Source of the DNA: Candidatus Poseidoniaceae archaeon
GTDB taxonomy: Archaea > Thermoplasmatota > Poseidoniia > Poseidoniales > Poseidoniaceae
Direction: 5' to 3'
Length of the DNA stretch: 64,000 nucleotides
NCBI GenBank assembly: GCA_028822845.1
Contig: JAPKCS010000002.1
Coordinates: 4,916 to 68,915 of the forward strand
Position numbers and translations under genes: made by a program. Positions 35,896-45,476 of this stretch are shown here, piece after piece. How positions within the stretch are numbered: the first letter of the stretch is position 1; each line of letters starts with the position of its first letter. The notes under the pieces were generated by a model. The model ran no database searches, was not told the DNA's origin, and saw only the letters and a program-made list of their open reading frames with translations.

Positions 35896-38505
35896 ATGTC
35901 CTTGAAGGATGCCCTTTGGTCTCACAGCATGTGGGGGGTAACATTGTGGCTGGCCATCATTGCGGCTGCCGTGTTGGTTTTTCGCCCTCTTATCCATGAA
36001 CGTTCCAAAGCCTCATCTTTGGTGTTGCATGCTTTGCTCCTGGTTCCGTTCATAGCCCTTGCCAGTCGGTTTTTGGTCAACGACACCAGCATCCAACACG
36101 TCGTTGCTTACGGAGGCGCTGCTCTCCCGCTAAAGTACCGATTTGCAGCCACATGGGCAGCCCGCGAAGGGCCTTTGCTGCTTTGGGTGGCTTGGATGAC
36201 GATCTTGGCCTGGTTGTGGCATCGACCCATGGCCAATGAATCCGAAGCCACTCACACCCTTCGCCTCCGCCTTATTCACGGATTCAGCCTCTTGGTGCTT
36301 CTCAACGCTCAGACCCTTGATCCATTCAAGGCAGCCTCGCCTTACTTCGTGGGTCGCGGCCTGAATGAATTGCTTCAAACCGACCTCATGGTCATACACC
36401 CGCCTCTGATTTTCTTAGCCTATTCTTTTTGTTTGCACGCCAGCGCTATCGCCTTTTCTTCAATGTTCACCGATGCGAATGGAATCAAAGATCGAATGCT
36501 GACGACCGTTCGCCCCGGTTTGTTTGTCGCCACCCTTGGCATTGGCCTTGGAGGGCTGTGGGCTTACCTCATCCTCGATTGGGGTGGCTATTGGGCCTGG
36601 GATCCTGTTGAGACGGGATCGTTCTTGCCATGGCTTGCGCTTGTTCTTCTTGCTCACCTCCGCACTCGACCGGGGAAGACAAGCGATACAGCATGGATTG
36701 GAGGTGGGCTCGCTGCGGGTGGATTGGCGTTATTTGCCACCCTCGTCACACGTGCTGGTGGCGTTTGGGCTTCATCTGTTCACACCTTTGTCGCATCGGA
36801 CGAGGGGACCGCTCCAACGGATGCCTTCTCACGTATGGTGCTGCTGAAAAACGATACCTTTGCCGGCGTTGAAGTGATGTCATACCTGATTCTTTTGCTG
36901 CTCTTTGTCGGTCTCTGGGTCCAGCACCAACGAGCACGGGGTTCAACCGAACCGTCCATGCGAGGGGCTTGGCTGTTTGTACTTCCGTTGGTCGGTGCCA
37001 CAATCGGTATGCTTGGTAGCCTTGGAGATGGGACCTCAATTCTTCCAGGGTCTGATGTTTATGCCTTCCTTCCGAGTGCAGCTTTCCCATTGTTGCTTTT
37101 GCTTCCTCTCACAGTGGATGTATTCACTCGGCAACGTACGCCAATCGAGGTGAAAGGTGGCTGGAGTTATCAGTCGATGATTCAAAAAACGGCTCAGTCG
37201 GCATCCTCACAATCTGTCGTGACCTTGTTCAGCCTCCTGCTGTTCTTTGTCGGCATCACGTTGTTGTCTGAAAATGTATTCTTCGGAGCACTTGCGCTGT
37301 TGTTCTTCACGCCTCTCTTCTTTGCTCCCGATGCCACCAAGGCTTGGCCGTGGGCTGCTGCAGGTGTTATGCTGAGCCTCTCGGGTGCATGGGCTGAGTT
37401 GGTGACTGTGCTCACTGCAGGTGTCACCATGCTCTTGTTCGTAGCCCCATGGCTGTTCGCTTCAGAAACCGAGACGAAATCAAAATCATTTTCGTTGTTC
37501 GAAAGAAAAAACCAGATGCAGATTGCTCTTTGGGCATCCGTTGTTCTGGTTGGCATGTACCTTGTCTTGACCCTCGTGTTGCTTTTGGCCAGCATCGATG
37601 CGGTGAATTTTGACGCCCACGAAGTCTATGGCACACCGTTCATTCTTGCCTTTGCTTCTGCAATGGTGGTTTACACCGGACGCAAGGGCGATTCGGTACG
37701 GACCGCATGGCTCGTTCTTGGCACCCTCGTCGTCTCCTTTGTTCTCGCCATCTGGCAACCTGAAGCGTTTGGCATGGATGCAGATACAACCGTGTCCTCT
37801 CTGATTGTGCGTGGGACCTTGGCTTGGTTGATGTTGCCAATGCTGTTCGTAATCGTGCTTCCTTTGATTCGAGAGGTCCATGGCCAGCGAACTCGGAAAT
37901 CAAAGCAGCCTCTATGGCGTCGAATTCCCTTTGGGGCCCACGTGGTCCACATCGGCCTTGTGTTGCTGTTGATCGGGCACGTCTACACCACCGTTCTCGT
38001 CGACCGAGGGGATGCAAGTCATCGCATCACCATGATTCGCGATGAAGTGGTTATTGACGGTAATTACGGCTATGAATTCAATGGTCTTCGCTTCCAGTCT
38101 GATGATCTTGAGGTTGGCGACGGCTATGTGGGGGTTCAAATCACCGTGTATGAGCTTGAAAATGGTGCAATTGGGGACAGAATCGGTGAAGTGGAACCCG
38201 GTATGATTCGGTTCGACACAACGGCCACCGCTCGCTCTGAAGTCGATACCTTGACGCGTTGGAGCGGCGACATTGTGTTCATTTTTGATGGAAGCCAAGC
38301 CGCTGGTCTGATGACTCAAGCGGTTGAAGGCGGCGAAGCTTCGGTTCAGACCGTGCGCGTGACCGTCTACGACCTGCCTGCTTCGCATTCGGTGTGGCTC
38401 GGCTGGACGACGATGCTCATCGGTATGGCGATTGTTGTGGCGGGGGATGTCAGCAAAAACAAGAGCCTGCGCCAATATTCTACTGAATCTAATGCCGAAG
38501 AGTAA
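35896..38505 (+). CDS. ccmF: Cytochrome c biogenesis heme lyase CcmF
   Basis: WAAREGPLLLW, GLNELLQ, IHPP, WAY...WGGYWAWDPVE, SVHTF, HIG. Confidence 0.9.
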   Translation: MSLKDALWSHSMWGVTLWLAIIAAAVLVFRPLIHERSKASSLVLHALLLVPFIALASRFLVNDTSIQHVVAYGGAALPLKYRFAATWAAREGPLLLWVAWMTILAWLWHRPMANESEATHTLRLRLIHGFSLLVLLNAQTLDPFKAASPYFVGRGLNELLQTDLMVIHPPLIFLAYSFCLHASAIAFSSMFTDANGIKDRMLTTVRPGLFVATLGIGLGGLWAYLILDWGGYWAWDPVETGSFLPWLALVLLAHLRTRPGKTSDTAWIGGGLAAGGLALFATLVTRAGGVWASSVHTFVASDEGTAPTDAFSRMVLLKNDTFAGVEVMSYLILLLLFVGLWVQHQRARGSTEPSMRGAWLFVLPLVGATIGMLGSLGDGTSILPGSDVYAFLPSAAFPLLLLLPLTVDVFTRQRTPIEVKGGWSYQSMIQKTAQSASSQSVVTLFSLLLFFVGITLLSENVFFGALALLFFTPLFFAPDATKAWPWAAAGVMLSLSGAWAELVTVLTAGVTMLLFVAPWLFASETETKSKSFSLFERKNQMQIALWASVVLVGMYLVLTLVLLLASIDAVNFDAHEVYGTPFILAFASAMVVYTGRKGDSVRTAWLVLGTLVVSFVLAIWQPEAFGMDADTTVSSLIVRGTLAWLMLPMLFVIVLPLIREVHGQRTRKSKQPLWRRIPFGAHVVHIGLVLLLIGHVYTTVLVDRGDASHRITMIRDEVVIDGNYGYEFNGLRFQSDDLEVGDGYVGVQITVYELENGAIGDRIGEVEPGMIRFDTTATARSEVDTLTRWSGDIVFIFDGSQAAGLMTQAVEGGEASVQTVRVTVYDLPASHSVWLGWTTMLIGMAIVVAGDVSKNKSLRQYSTESNAEE

Positions 38506-38575
38506 GCCAAGGCCTCTCCAATGGAATTATCAAGGGGGCGACGGTCGCCGGACTACCCGAAAGGGAGGTATTACC

Positions 38576-39445
38576 ATGGATGATGGAACAATTATACACG
38601 TCGATTATGAACTCTACAACAATGAAACAGGTGACCTCATCGAGACCACCCGTGAAGCAGTCGCCAAGGAACATGAGGCTCATCAAGAGAGCCGGACCTA
38701 CGAACCAATGGTTTGCGTCGTCGGTGGCGGGCAACTCATTCCAGGCTTCGATAAAGCCCTCGGAGAAGCAAAGAAAGGAAAGGAAACTGAAATCGTCATC
38801 GAACCAGCAGAAGCTTACGGTGAAAAGGACATTTCTCAAATTGAAACCATCAGCATCGACAAATTGATGCGTGCTGTGCAGGATCCAAACGCTCTCTACA
38901 TCGGTGCTCCAGTCACCATCGGTAACCGCCAAGGCTACCTTTCGTACCTCGCTGCTGGCCGTGCCCGCATCGACTACAATCACCCAATGGCTGGAAAGTC
39001 CCTCAAGTATTCATTCAACGTCGTTGATGTTGTTGAAGGAAAGGAAGACCAAGTGGTCGCTCTCCTCCAAGCAAACACCGGCCACAGTGGTTTCGAAGTC
39101 AGTTTCGATGGCGAAGATTTGCTCATCGTACTTCCTCAAACAATGCTGTTCGATACCAACGCCGCTATGCTCAAATTCCGTTTGGTCACAACCATTCGGG
39201 ACGCAGTCGAATGCGGAAAAGTCTCGTTCATTGAAGTCCACGAACCTCGTGGATTCGGTGTTGAAGAAGACGACCACGACCACGACCACGATCACGACCA
39301 TGACCACGACCATGGACACGATCACGGTGAAGACCTTTCATCCCTTTCAGTTGCTCAACTCAAGGAACGCTGCAAAGCTGCCGGCCTCCCAGTCGGTGGC
39401 AAGAAAGCAGACCTCGTTGCTCGACTTTCTCAAGAAGAAGAGTGA
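38576..39445 (+). CDS. Archaeal long FKBP-type PPIase (SlyD-like) with His/Asp tract and C-terminal SAP domain
   Basis: GQLIPGFDKAL, PAEAYG, IDYNHPMAGK; (DH)n tract; LSSLSVAQLKERCKAAGLPVGGKKADLVARL. Confidence 0.92.
   Translation: MDDGTIIHVDYELYNNETGDLIETTREAVAKEHEAHQESRTYEPMVCVVGGGQLIPGFDKALGEAKKGKETEIVIEPAEAYGEKDISQIETISIDKLMRAVQDPNALYIGAPVTIGNRQGYLSYLAAGRARIDYNHPMAGKSLKYSFNVVDVVEGKEDQVVALLQANTGHSGFEVSFDGEDLLIVLPQTMLFDTNAAMLKFRLVTTIRDAVECGKVSFIEVHEPRGFGVEEDDHDHDHDHDHDHDHGHDHGEDLSSLSVAQLKERCKAAGLPVGGKKADLVARLSQEEE
39272..39325 (+). repeat. In-frame GAY-CAY hexamer repeat encoding the Asp-His tract
   Basis: GACCAC GACCAC GACCAC GATCAC GACCAT GACCAC GACCAT GGACAC GATCAC. Confidence 0.85.
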
Positions 39446-39527
39446 ACTCGTGGGCCGCCTGGCCTACTTTCACCCTGATTCCCAAAGAACATTGAGGATG
39501 ATCCATACCCTAGGTTGAGGCACAAAC

Positions 39528-40913
39528 ATGTCAAGCACAGCACTCAATGACCACTTGGAAAGCGCCGATGCTGCTTTGCCTGATTCAGCATATTCCGGTG
39601 CTGAGAAAATAGCCATTTGGGCCGTCCTTGTGTTGATTGCCACCATTGTCACTGGACTTGTTCTGGCCAATGAAGCAGTTTGGGATGAAGGTCTGAAACC
39701 CATTGTATGGGATCCAATTGTCAAAGACGCCGGCGTTGCAGGTGATGCCGGCTATTCGCCTCAGAACACTGCCATTTACACCGGTTCGATGCTTGTCTGC
39801 GTCGTGATTCTTCAAGCGTTGTTCCGTCGCGTCGGGGTCCCTTGTGACGACCGTATGACTGTGGCGCTCGTCGCCTGGGTTTGCCTCGCTCCCGTCCTTC
39901 GTGTTCTCGAAGATGCAGATTTCTTTACCAGTGAAATGGATGTCTTATTCATCTCACCACTGATTCATCTTCACCTTGCAGCATGGCTCATTTTCATCGC
40001 TGTCCTCTCGCAGTGGATCGCCGGTCAGTGGGATGGGGCAACAACCGACCGTGAAGAAAACAAGATCAGGGTTGCCTTGCTTCCGATCCTCATGATCACC
40101 TTGCTCTTCCACTGGGGTTTTCTGTATCTACCCGCTTACATCGGGCATGAAGGCATCGGTTTCTTTTGGATTCTGTTAGGATCGGTGGCCTCATTTGTGG
40201 TGCTGATTGCGGTTCTACTGAAGACTCGAAACTGGCCTGCAATGACCCGTGGTATGCTTTCATTTGGCTCGGCTGCTGTCGTACTTGGACTTGGCCATTG
40301 GGCGCAATTCCTCGCAACACCATGGGCTCAGGAAAGTTCCCGAGTCCTCGAAACCACTCCAATCTGGCCTTTGTTCATCGTCTTAGGTTTGCCCGCATTG
40401 GTTTGCTTCGTTCTCTATACCTTCGGCATCGAAGATCTGAGGCAATTGAAACTCTGCGGCTATGATGCCGGAGTTTTGCCAGAGGGGGTGCGTCTAACCA
40501 CGTGGGAAGACGCAGGGGACCTTGTGAAGACTCACCCAGTGTCCTTGCTTTCACGGAAGGGTCTGCTGGCAACACCTATGGTTTTGGCCATGGTGTTCGG
40601 TCAACTCTGCGATGGATTTGCTACGATGGTTGGCATCGATTCATTTGGTTACGGTGAAAAGCATCCCGTAAGCAACGAAGTGATTCAACTCGGTGGGCGC
40701 ATCAATGATTCAGTGGGGATCGAATACGGAGAGGGTGCTTGGTTCTTCACGTTGGTAAAAATCGCCTTGATTGGTGCAATCGTTTGGCTCTTTGCAGAGA
40801 TGCGGGTCGAGCAACGTCAACGCCATCTTCGCCTTCTGATCGTATTGGCTGTCCTTATTGTCGGTCTTGCACCAGGCTTACGGGACATTGGACGATTGAC
40901 CCTTGGCGTTTGA
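39528..40913 (+). CDS. DUF63-like archaeal polytopic membrane protein
   Basis: GYSPQNTAIY, LRVLEDA, LFISPLI, QLCDGFAT, YGEKHPV, GLAPGLRD. Confidence 0.78.
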   Translation: MSSTALNDHLESADAALPDSAYSGAEKIAIWAVLVLIATIVTGLVLANEAVWDEGLKPIVWDPIVKDAGVAGDAGYSPQNTAIYTGSMLVCVVILQALFRRVGVPCDDRMTVALVAWVCLAPVLRVLEDADFFTSEMDVLFISPLIHLHLAAWLIFIAVLSQWIAGQWDGATTDREENKIRVALLPILMITLLFHWGFLYLPAYIGHEGIGFFWILLGSVASFVVLIAVLLKTRNWPAMTRGMLSFGSAAVVLGLGHWAQFLATPWAQESSRVLETTPIWPLFIVLGLPALVCFVLYTFGIEDLRQLKLCGYDAGVLPEGVRLTTWEDAGDLVKTHPVSLLSRKGLLATPMVLAMVFGQLCDGFATMVGIDSFGYGEKHPVSNEVIQLGGRINDSVGIEYGEGAWFFTLVKIALIGAIVWLFAEMRVEQRQRHLRLLIVLAVLIVGLAPGLRDIGRLTLGV

Positions 40914-40981
40914 TGCCGACGACGCCTCAGTTGTAATAGGGTTAAATGTCGCCCCTGCCTGCCTTCAAACGAGGGGTGGAA

Positions 40982-42592
40982 ATGGACCGATTACCAACAC
41001 GAGTCAATCGAGCCGACCCCGACTTTGCTGAGCGCAAGTCATTCAACGCTCAACTGATCGATACACTCCGTGAAAGATTGAACGTCGCTTCCATGGGTGG
41101 CGGCGGTAAATACGTCGACCGTCATCGCAGTCGAGGGAAGCTTCTGGCCCGTGAGCGAATCGAACACATCATCGACCCGGGAACGGCCTTTTTGGAATTA
41201 TCTCCATTGGCTGCTTTTGAATTGTATGACGGTCGAGCACACTCTGCTGGCATCGTCACGGGTGTAGGAATGGTCCACGGCCGAGAATGCCTCTTTGTCG
41301 CCAACGATGCGACCGTCAAGGGCGGTTCATACTATCCGATGACCGTGAAAAAGCATATTCGGGCTCAAACCGTTGCCCATGAGAACAACCTTCCATGCAT
41401 CTACCTCGTTGATTCAGGTGGAGCGTTTCTGCCAATGCAGGATGAGGTGTTTCCCGACATTGGCCATTTCGGTAGGATTTTCCGCAACCAAGCACGAATG
41501 TCTGGTGATAAAATTCCACAGATCGCTGCCGTCCTTGGCTCATGCACTGCTGGTGGAGCATATGTTCCTGCAATGTCGGATGAATCGATCATTGTCAAGG
41601 GCAATGGAACCATTTTCTTAGCGGGGCCTCCTTTGGTCAAAGCCGCTACCGGAGAGGAAGTGAGCGCAGAAGAACTCGGAGGTGCCGAAGTTCACACCGT
41701 TCAATCAGGCGTTGCTGATCATTTTGCAGAAGATGAAGCCGAAGCGTTGCGCATGGTACGGAATGTTGTCGAAAACATCGGTCCACGGACACTTGCCCCT
41801 GCTGCCAGCGCCCCTGTCGAAGCACCAGCCCATGAGGTCGAAGACCTTCTTGGCCTGATTCCAAGCGATAACCGAACACCCGTGGACATAAAGGAAATCA
41901 TCGGCCGAATCGTCGACGGTTCACGGTTCCATGAATTCAAAGCCCGGTATGGTACAACACTGGTGTGCGGCTTCGCTCACATCCACGGGCACAAGGTCGG
42001 TGTTGTCGCCAACAACGGCATTTTGTTTTCAGAATCCTCTCTCAAGGGCGCACACTTCGTCGAATTGTGCGGCCAGCGTGGCATTCCCCTCGTGTTCTTG
42101 CAGAACATCACCGGATTCATGGTCGGGAAGGCGTATGAGGCAGGAGGCATCGCTAAAGATGGTGCAAAACTTGTCACTGCGGTTTCCTGTGTCAACGTCC
42201 CAAAGTTCACTGTGATCATTGGTGGGTCCCATGGGGCTGGCAACTACGGCATGTGCGGTAGGGCGTTTGATCCTCGGTTCTTGTTCATGTGGCCAAACAG
42301 CCGAATCTCTGTCATGGGGGGTCCCCAAGCAGCCGATGTTCTCACCACGGTCAAGCAAGACCAACGCGCTAGAGAAGGCCTCGAACCCATGATGGGTGAA
42401 GAACTCGAGTCGTTCCGTGCCCCAATTCTTGAGCAGTACGAAACTGAAGGAAGCCCATACTATTCCACAGCACGCCTTTGGGACGATGGCATCATCGATC
42501 CAAGAGACACCAGGGATGTGCTTGGCTTGTGCATTGCAGCCGCCCGAAATGCACCTTTGCCAAACGACCGATTCGGCGTTTTCCGTATGTGA
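40982..42592 (+). CDS. 3-methylcrotonyl-CoA carboxylase beta (carboxyltransferase) subunit, LiuB-like
   Basis: [39 protein letters not shown], terminal FGVFRM. Confidence 0.92.
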   Translation: MDRLPTRVNRADPDFAERKSFNAQLIDTLRERLNVASMGGGGKYVDRHRSRGKLLARERIEHIIDPGTAFLELSPLAAFELYDGRAHSAGIVTGVGMVHGRECLFVANDATVKGGSYYPMTVKKHIRAQTVAHENNLPCIYLVDSGGAFLPMQDEVFPDIGHFGRIFRNQARMSGDKIPQIAAVLGSCTAGGAYVPAMSDESIIVKGNGTIFLAGPPLVKAATGEEVSAEELGGAEVHTVQSGVADHFAEDEAEALRMVRNVVENIGPRTLAPAASAPVEAPAHEVEDLLGLIPSDNRTPVDIKEIIGRIVDGSRFHEFKARYGTTLVCGFAHIHGHKVGVVANNGILFSESSLKGAHFVELCGQRGIPLVFLQNITGFMVGKAYEAGGIAKDGAKLVTAVSCVNVPKFTVIIGGSHGAGNYGMCGRAFDPRFLFMWPNSRISVMGGPQAADVLTTVKQDQRAREGLEPMMGEELESFRAPILEQYETEGSPYYSTARLWDDGIIDPRDTRDVLGLCIAAARNAPLPNDRFGVFRM

Positions 42593-42599
42593 TGAACGC

Positions 42600-42625
42600 T
42601 AATTGAAAAATCAAAAAAGCAATTG
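42600..42625. repeat. Paired AATT-palindrome site E (intergenic, inside carboxylase operon)
   Basis: TAATTG-AAAAATCAAAAAAG-CAATTG, 20-bp period; fills most of the 44-bp spacer. Confidence 0.62.
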
Positions 42626-42636
42626 GAGAATTTACG

Positions 42637-43494
42637 ATGATAACCATGGAAAACCCTCCCGCAACTGAACTGGTGACCATGACCATTGATGGGTCCCGCG
42701 CCAACCTTTTGCTCAACCGAGAGGGGAAATTCAACGCCCTCAATGTTCAACTCATCACCGAGTTGTGCGACCTTTTGGATTGGACGGCAGCCCGGAGTTC
42801 CGGAGCGCTTGATTCGCTGAACGATGTCAACGGCACCCCCTACCTCCGCACGCTTGTTGTCTCCGGGGCGGGCCGACATTTCTGTGCAGGTGCGGACATC
42901 AACATGATGCGCGATGCTGGTGCGAACACTCCTGAAGAAAACCGAGCGGACTCAAAACGGTTGGATCGTCTGTTCAACAGCCTCTGGTCCCACCCGTGTT
43001 TCACCGTTGGCGCCATCCAAGGCGTTGCCCTGGGTGGTGGCGCTGGATTGGTGGCTTGTATGGACCATGTCATTGCAACGAAAAACGTCAAACTTGCCCT
43101 TTCGGAGGGGAAACTCGGTATTCTTCCTGCTGTGATTGGCCCCTATGTTTACCGCCGTCTCGGTTCCGCCTGCTTCCGTCGTCTTGCCATGCAAGCGAGC
43201 AAGATTGGTTCCGAAGAAGCTCTCCGAACCGGGTTCATCGAACACGTCGTAGAATCCGTCGACGATCTCGAAGGTGCGGTCCAAACCCTTCTGGATGAAG
43301 TGCTCACCACAGGGCCTAGCGCCGTGACCTTGGCCAAAGAATTGACCCTCAATTTTGATCGCTGGAGCAGTTCAGATGAAGCTCTGCGAGACTGGACCCT
43401 TGATTTTACCAGCAAGATGCGTGGTTCCAATGAAGGGCAAGAAGGCTTGTCTTCTTTCCTTGAGAAGCGTTCAGCCAACTGGAAACCCGAATGA
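42637..43494 (+). CDS. Enoyl-CoA hydratase (methylglutaconyl-CoA hydratase, LiuC-like)
   Basis: LNR..KFNALN, FCAGADI, ALGGGAGL, SEGKLGILPAVI, EGQEGLSSFLEKR; gene context. Confidence 0.88.
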   Translation: MITMENPPATELVTMTIDGSRANLLLNREGKFNALNVQLITELCDLLDWTAARSSGALDSLNDVNGTPYLRTLVVSGAGRHFCAGADINMMRDAGANTPEENRADSKRLDRLFNSLWSHPCFTVGAIQGVALGGGAGLVACMDHVIATKNVKLALSEGKLGILPAVIGPYVYRRLGSACFRRLAMQASKIGSEEALRTGFIEHVVESVDDLEGAVQTLLDEVLTTGPSAVTLAKELTLNFDRWSSSDEALRDWTLDFTSKMRGSNEGQEGLSSFLEKRSANWKPE

Positions 43495-43506
43495 GGAGTT
43501 GATTCA

Positions 43507-45012
43507 ATGGTCAGCAAGGTCTTGGTTGCAAACCGAGGGGAAATCGCATGTCGAATTCTCCGAGCATGCAACGAGGCAGGGCTCGCCAGCGTTGCCATTT
43601 ATGCAGCGAATGATGCTGATTCGATGTTCCTTGAACTCGCCGACCAAGCGGTCCTGCTCGAAGGTGAAACGATTGGGGAGACCTACCTCGACCAACAGCA
43701 AATCTTAGCCATCGCCAAGGCCACAGGGGCAGATGCAATTCATCCAGGGTTCGGTTTCCTTTCAGAACGAGCAGACTTCGCTCGAGCTGTTGGTGAAGCC
43801 GGCCTGCAATGGGTCGGACCAAGCCCCGAAGCAATTGAGCAAATGGGCGACAAGATGACCGCTCGCATCACGATGAGGGCTGCAGGTGTCCCCGTGATCC
43901 CTGGAGAAGAAATTGAACAGGAAGAAGAAGCAGAAGCGCTGGCCGCAATCGAGTCTGCTTCCCATCGTGTTGGCTACCCCTTGCTCCTCAAGGCCTCTTC
44001 GGGTGGCGGGGGTAAAGGCATGCGTGCCGTACATTCACCTGAGGATTTGATTGAATCCGCCAAAGGTGCGCGTCGTGAAGCAATCGCAGCATTTGGCGAT
44101 GGACGCGTTTACATCGAACGTCTGCTCACAGGATCAAAGCATGTAGAAATTCAAGTTCTTGCCGACCGTCATGGTCGCACCGTCCATCTTGGCGAGCGTG
44201 AATGCAGTGTGCAACGGCGCCATCAGAAGGTGTTCGAAGAAGCGCCCTGCGCCACGATGACTCCAGACCTTCGTGAGGCGATGGGTCAAGCAGCTGTTGC
44301 GGCAGCAGAAGCCGTCAATTACGAAGGTGCGGGTACAGTGGAGTTTTTGCTTGCATCCACGGGCGAGTTTTTCTTTTTGGAAATGAACACACGAATCCAA
44401 GTTGAACACCCTGTGACCGAACTCGTTACCGGCGTTGATTTGGTCAGAGAGCAACTTCGAATCGCTGCTGGTGAACCCATGTCGTGTGGCCCGCTGATGA
44501 TGCGTGGTCATGCGATTGAAGTCCGTCTCTATGCCGAAGACCCGGAAAATAATTTCCTACCTGCCATTGGTCCTTTAGCGGTGTTCCGCCCTCCTGAAGG
44601 TCCAGGTGTTCGTCTTGACACCGGCGTGCGTGAGGGTGATTCAGTCACCCCAAATTACGATCCAATGTTGGCGAAATTGATTGTCTGGGCGCCTTCAAGA
44701 GCAGAAGCGCTCCAACGCATGCGTCGAGCATTGGATGAGTTTGTTGTTCTTGGAACAACCACAAACATCCGATTCCTACGTGAACTCTGTGATGAACCAG
44801 AAGTTGTTACTGGTCAAACCGACACCACCACAATCGACCGTTTGTGGCCCGATGGGTGGCATCCATCCGTGCCTCGTTCAATTGAAGATGCAGCCTTGAT
44901 GAGCGCAGCCGTTGGTGAAAGCGCTGGCCTCCATCGAACAGTATCTGTCGTGGCTGGAAGTTCCTCTGGTCCAGTGAGTCCCTTTGCCACCCTTCACCGG
45001 AGGTTTCCGTGA
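43507..45012 (+). CDS. Biotin carboxylase subunit of acyl-CoA carboxylase
   Basis: VLVANRGEIA, HPGFGFLSE, GGGGKGMR, ECSVQRRHQK, EMNTRIQVEHPVTE, YDPMLAK. Confidence 0.95.
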   Translation: MVSKVLVANRGEIACRILRACNEAGLASVAIYAANDADSMFLELADQAVLLEGETIGETYLDQQQILAIAKATGADAIHPGFGFLSERADFARAVGEAGLQWVGPSPEAIEQMGDKMTARITMRAAGVPVIPGEEIEQEEEAEALAAIESASHRVGYPLLLKASSGGGGKGMRAVHSPEDLIESAKGARREAIAAFGDGRVYIERLLTGSKHVEIQVLADRHGRTVHLGERECSVQRRHQKVFEEAPCATMTPDLREAMGQAAVAAAEAVNYEGAGTVEFLLASTGEFFFLEMNTRIQVEHPVTELVTGVDLVREQLRIAAGEPMSCGPLMMRGHAIEVRLYAEDPENNFLPAIGPLAVFRPPEGPGVRLDTGVREGDSVTPNYDPMLAKLIVWAPSRAEALQRMRRALDEFVVLGTTTNIRFLRELCDEPEVVTGQTDTTTIDRLWPDGWHPSVPRSIEDAALMSAAVGESAGLHRTVSVVAGSSSGPVSPFATLHRRFP

Positions 45013-45476
45013 TGCATCACCAATTCAGAAGTCCGGAGGGACCAATTGAGGTGACCGTGGCGAAGCAAGGAGAATCTTGGTACCTTGGTTCGCTTGAAGC
45101 AACGCCCATGCCAGACGGGCGTCTTCGTATCCTCAATGATGACGGGACGGTCATGTTTGCCCACCTCGTCAAAGTTGGCGATGTGTGGTGGGTTCACGTC
45201 GACGGTCATACGTTCAAGTTGGAACGGGTTGAACCAGGAGCTTCTGATACCGATGATGGCGGGGGCTTGACTGCTCCAATGCCTGGAAAGGTTTTGCAAG
45301 TGCTTGTGGATGTTGGACAAACGGTGTCATCTGGGACCACGCTCATGGTTCTTGAAGCGATGAAGATGGAACACCGAATCGTCGCAGCCAGCGATGGAAC
45401 CGTCACTGCAGTTCACTTCGGTGCAGGTGATCAAGTCGAACAAGGCGTTGCCCTATTGGCGCTCGAAGAATCATGA
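45012..45476 (+). CDS. Biotin carboxyl carrier protein with N-terminal BT-like domain
   Basis: APMPGKV...LEAMKMEH; start overlaps the biotin carboxylase stop (GTGATG). Confidence 0.9.
   Translation: MHHQFRSPEGPIEVTVAKQGESWYLGSLEATPMPDGRLRILNDDGTVMFAHLVKVGDVWWVHVDGHTFKLERVEPGASDTDDGGGLTAPMPGKVLQVLVDVGQTVSSGTTLMVLEAMKMEHRIVAASDGTVTAVHFGAGDQVEQGVALLALEES

Noticed and set aside
43507-45476. Frameshifted/pseudogene carboxylase alpha subunit
   Set aside because: Biotin carboxylase and carrier ORFs are each complete and coupled by an overlapping stop/start; a split subunit is the simpler reading
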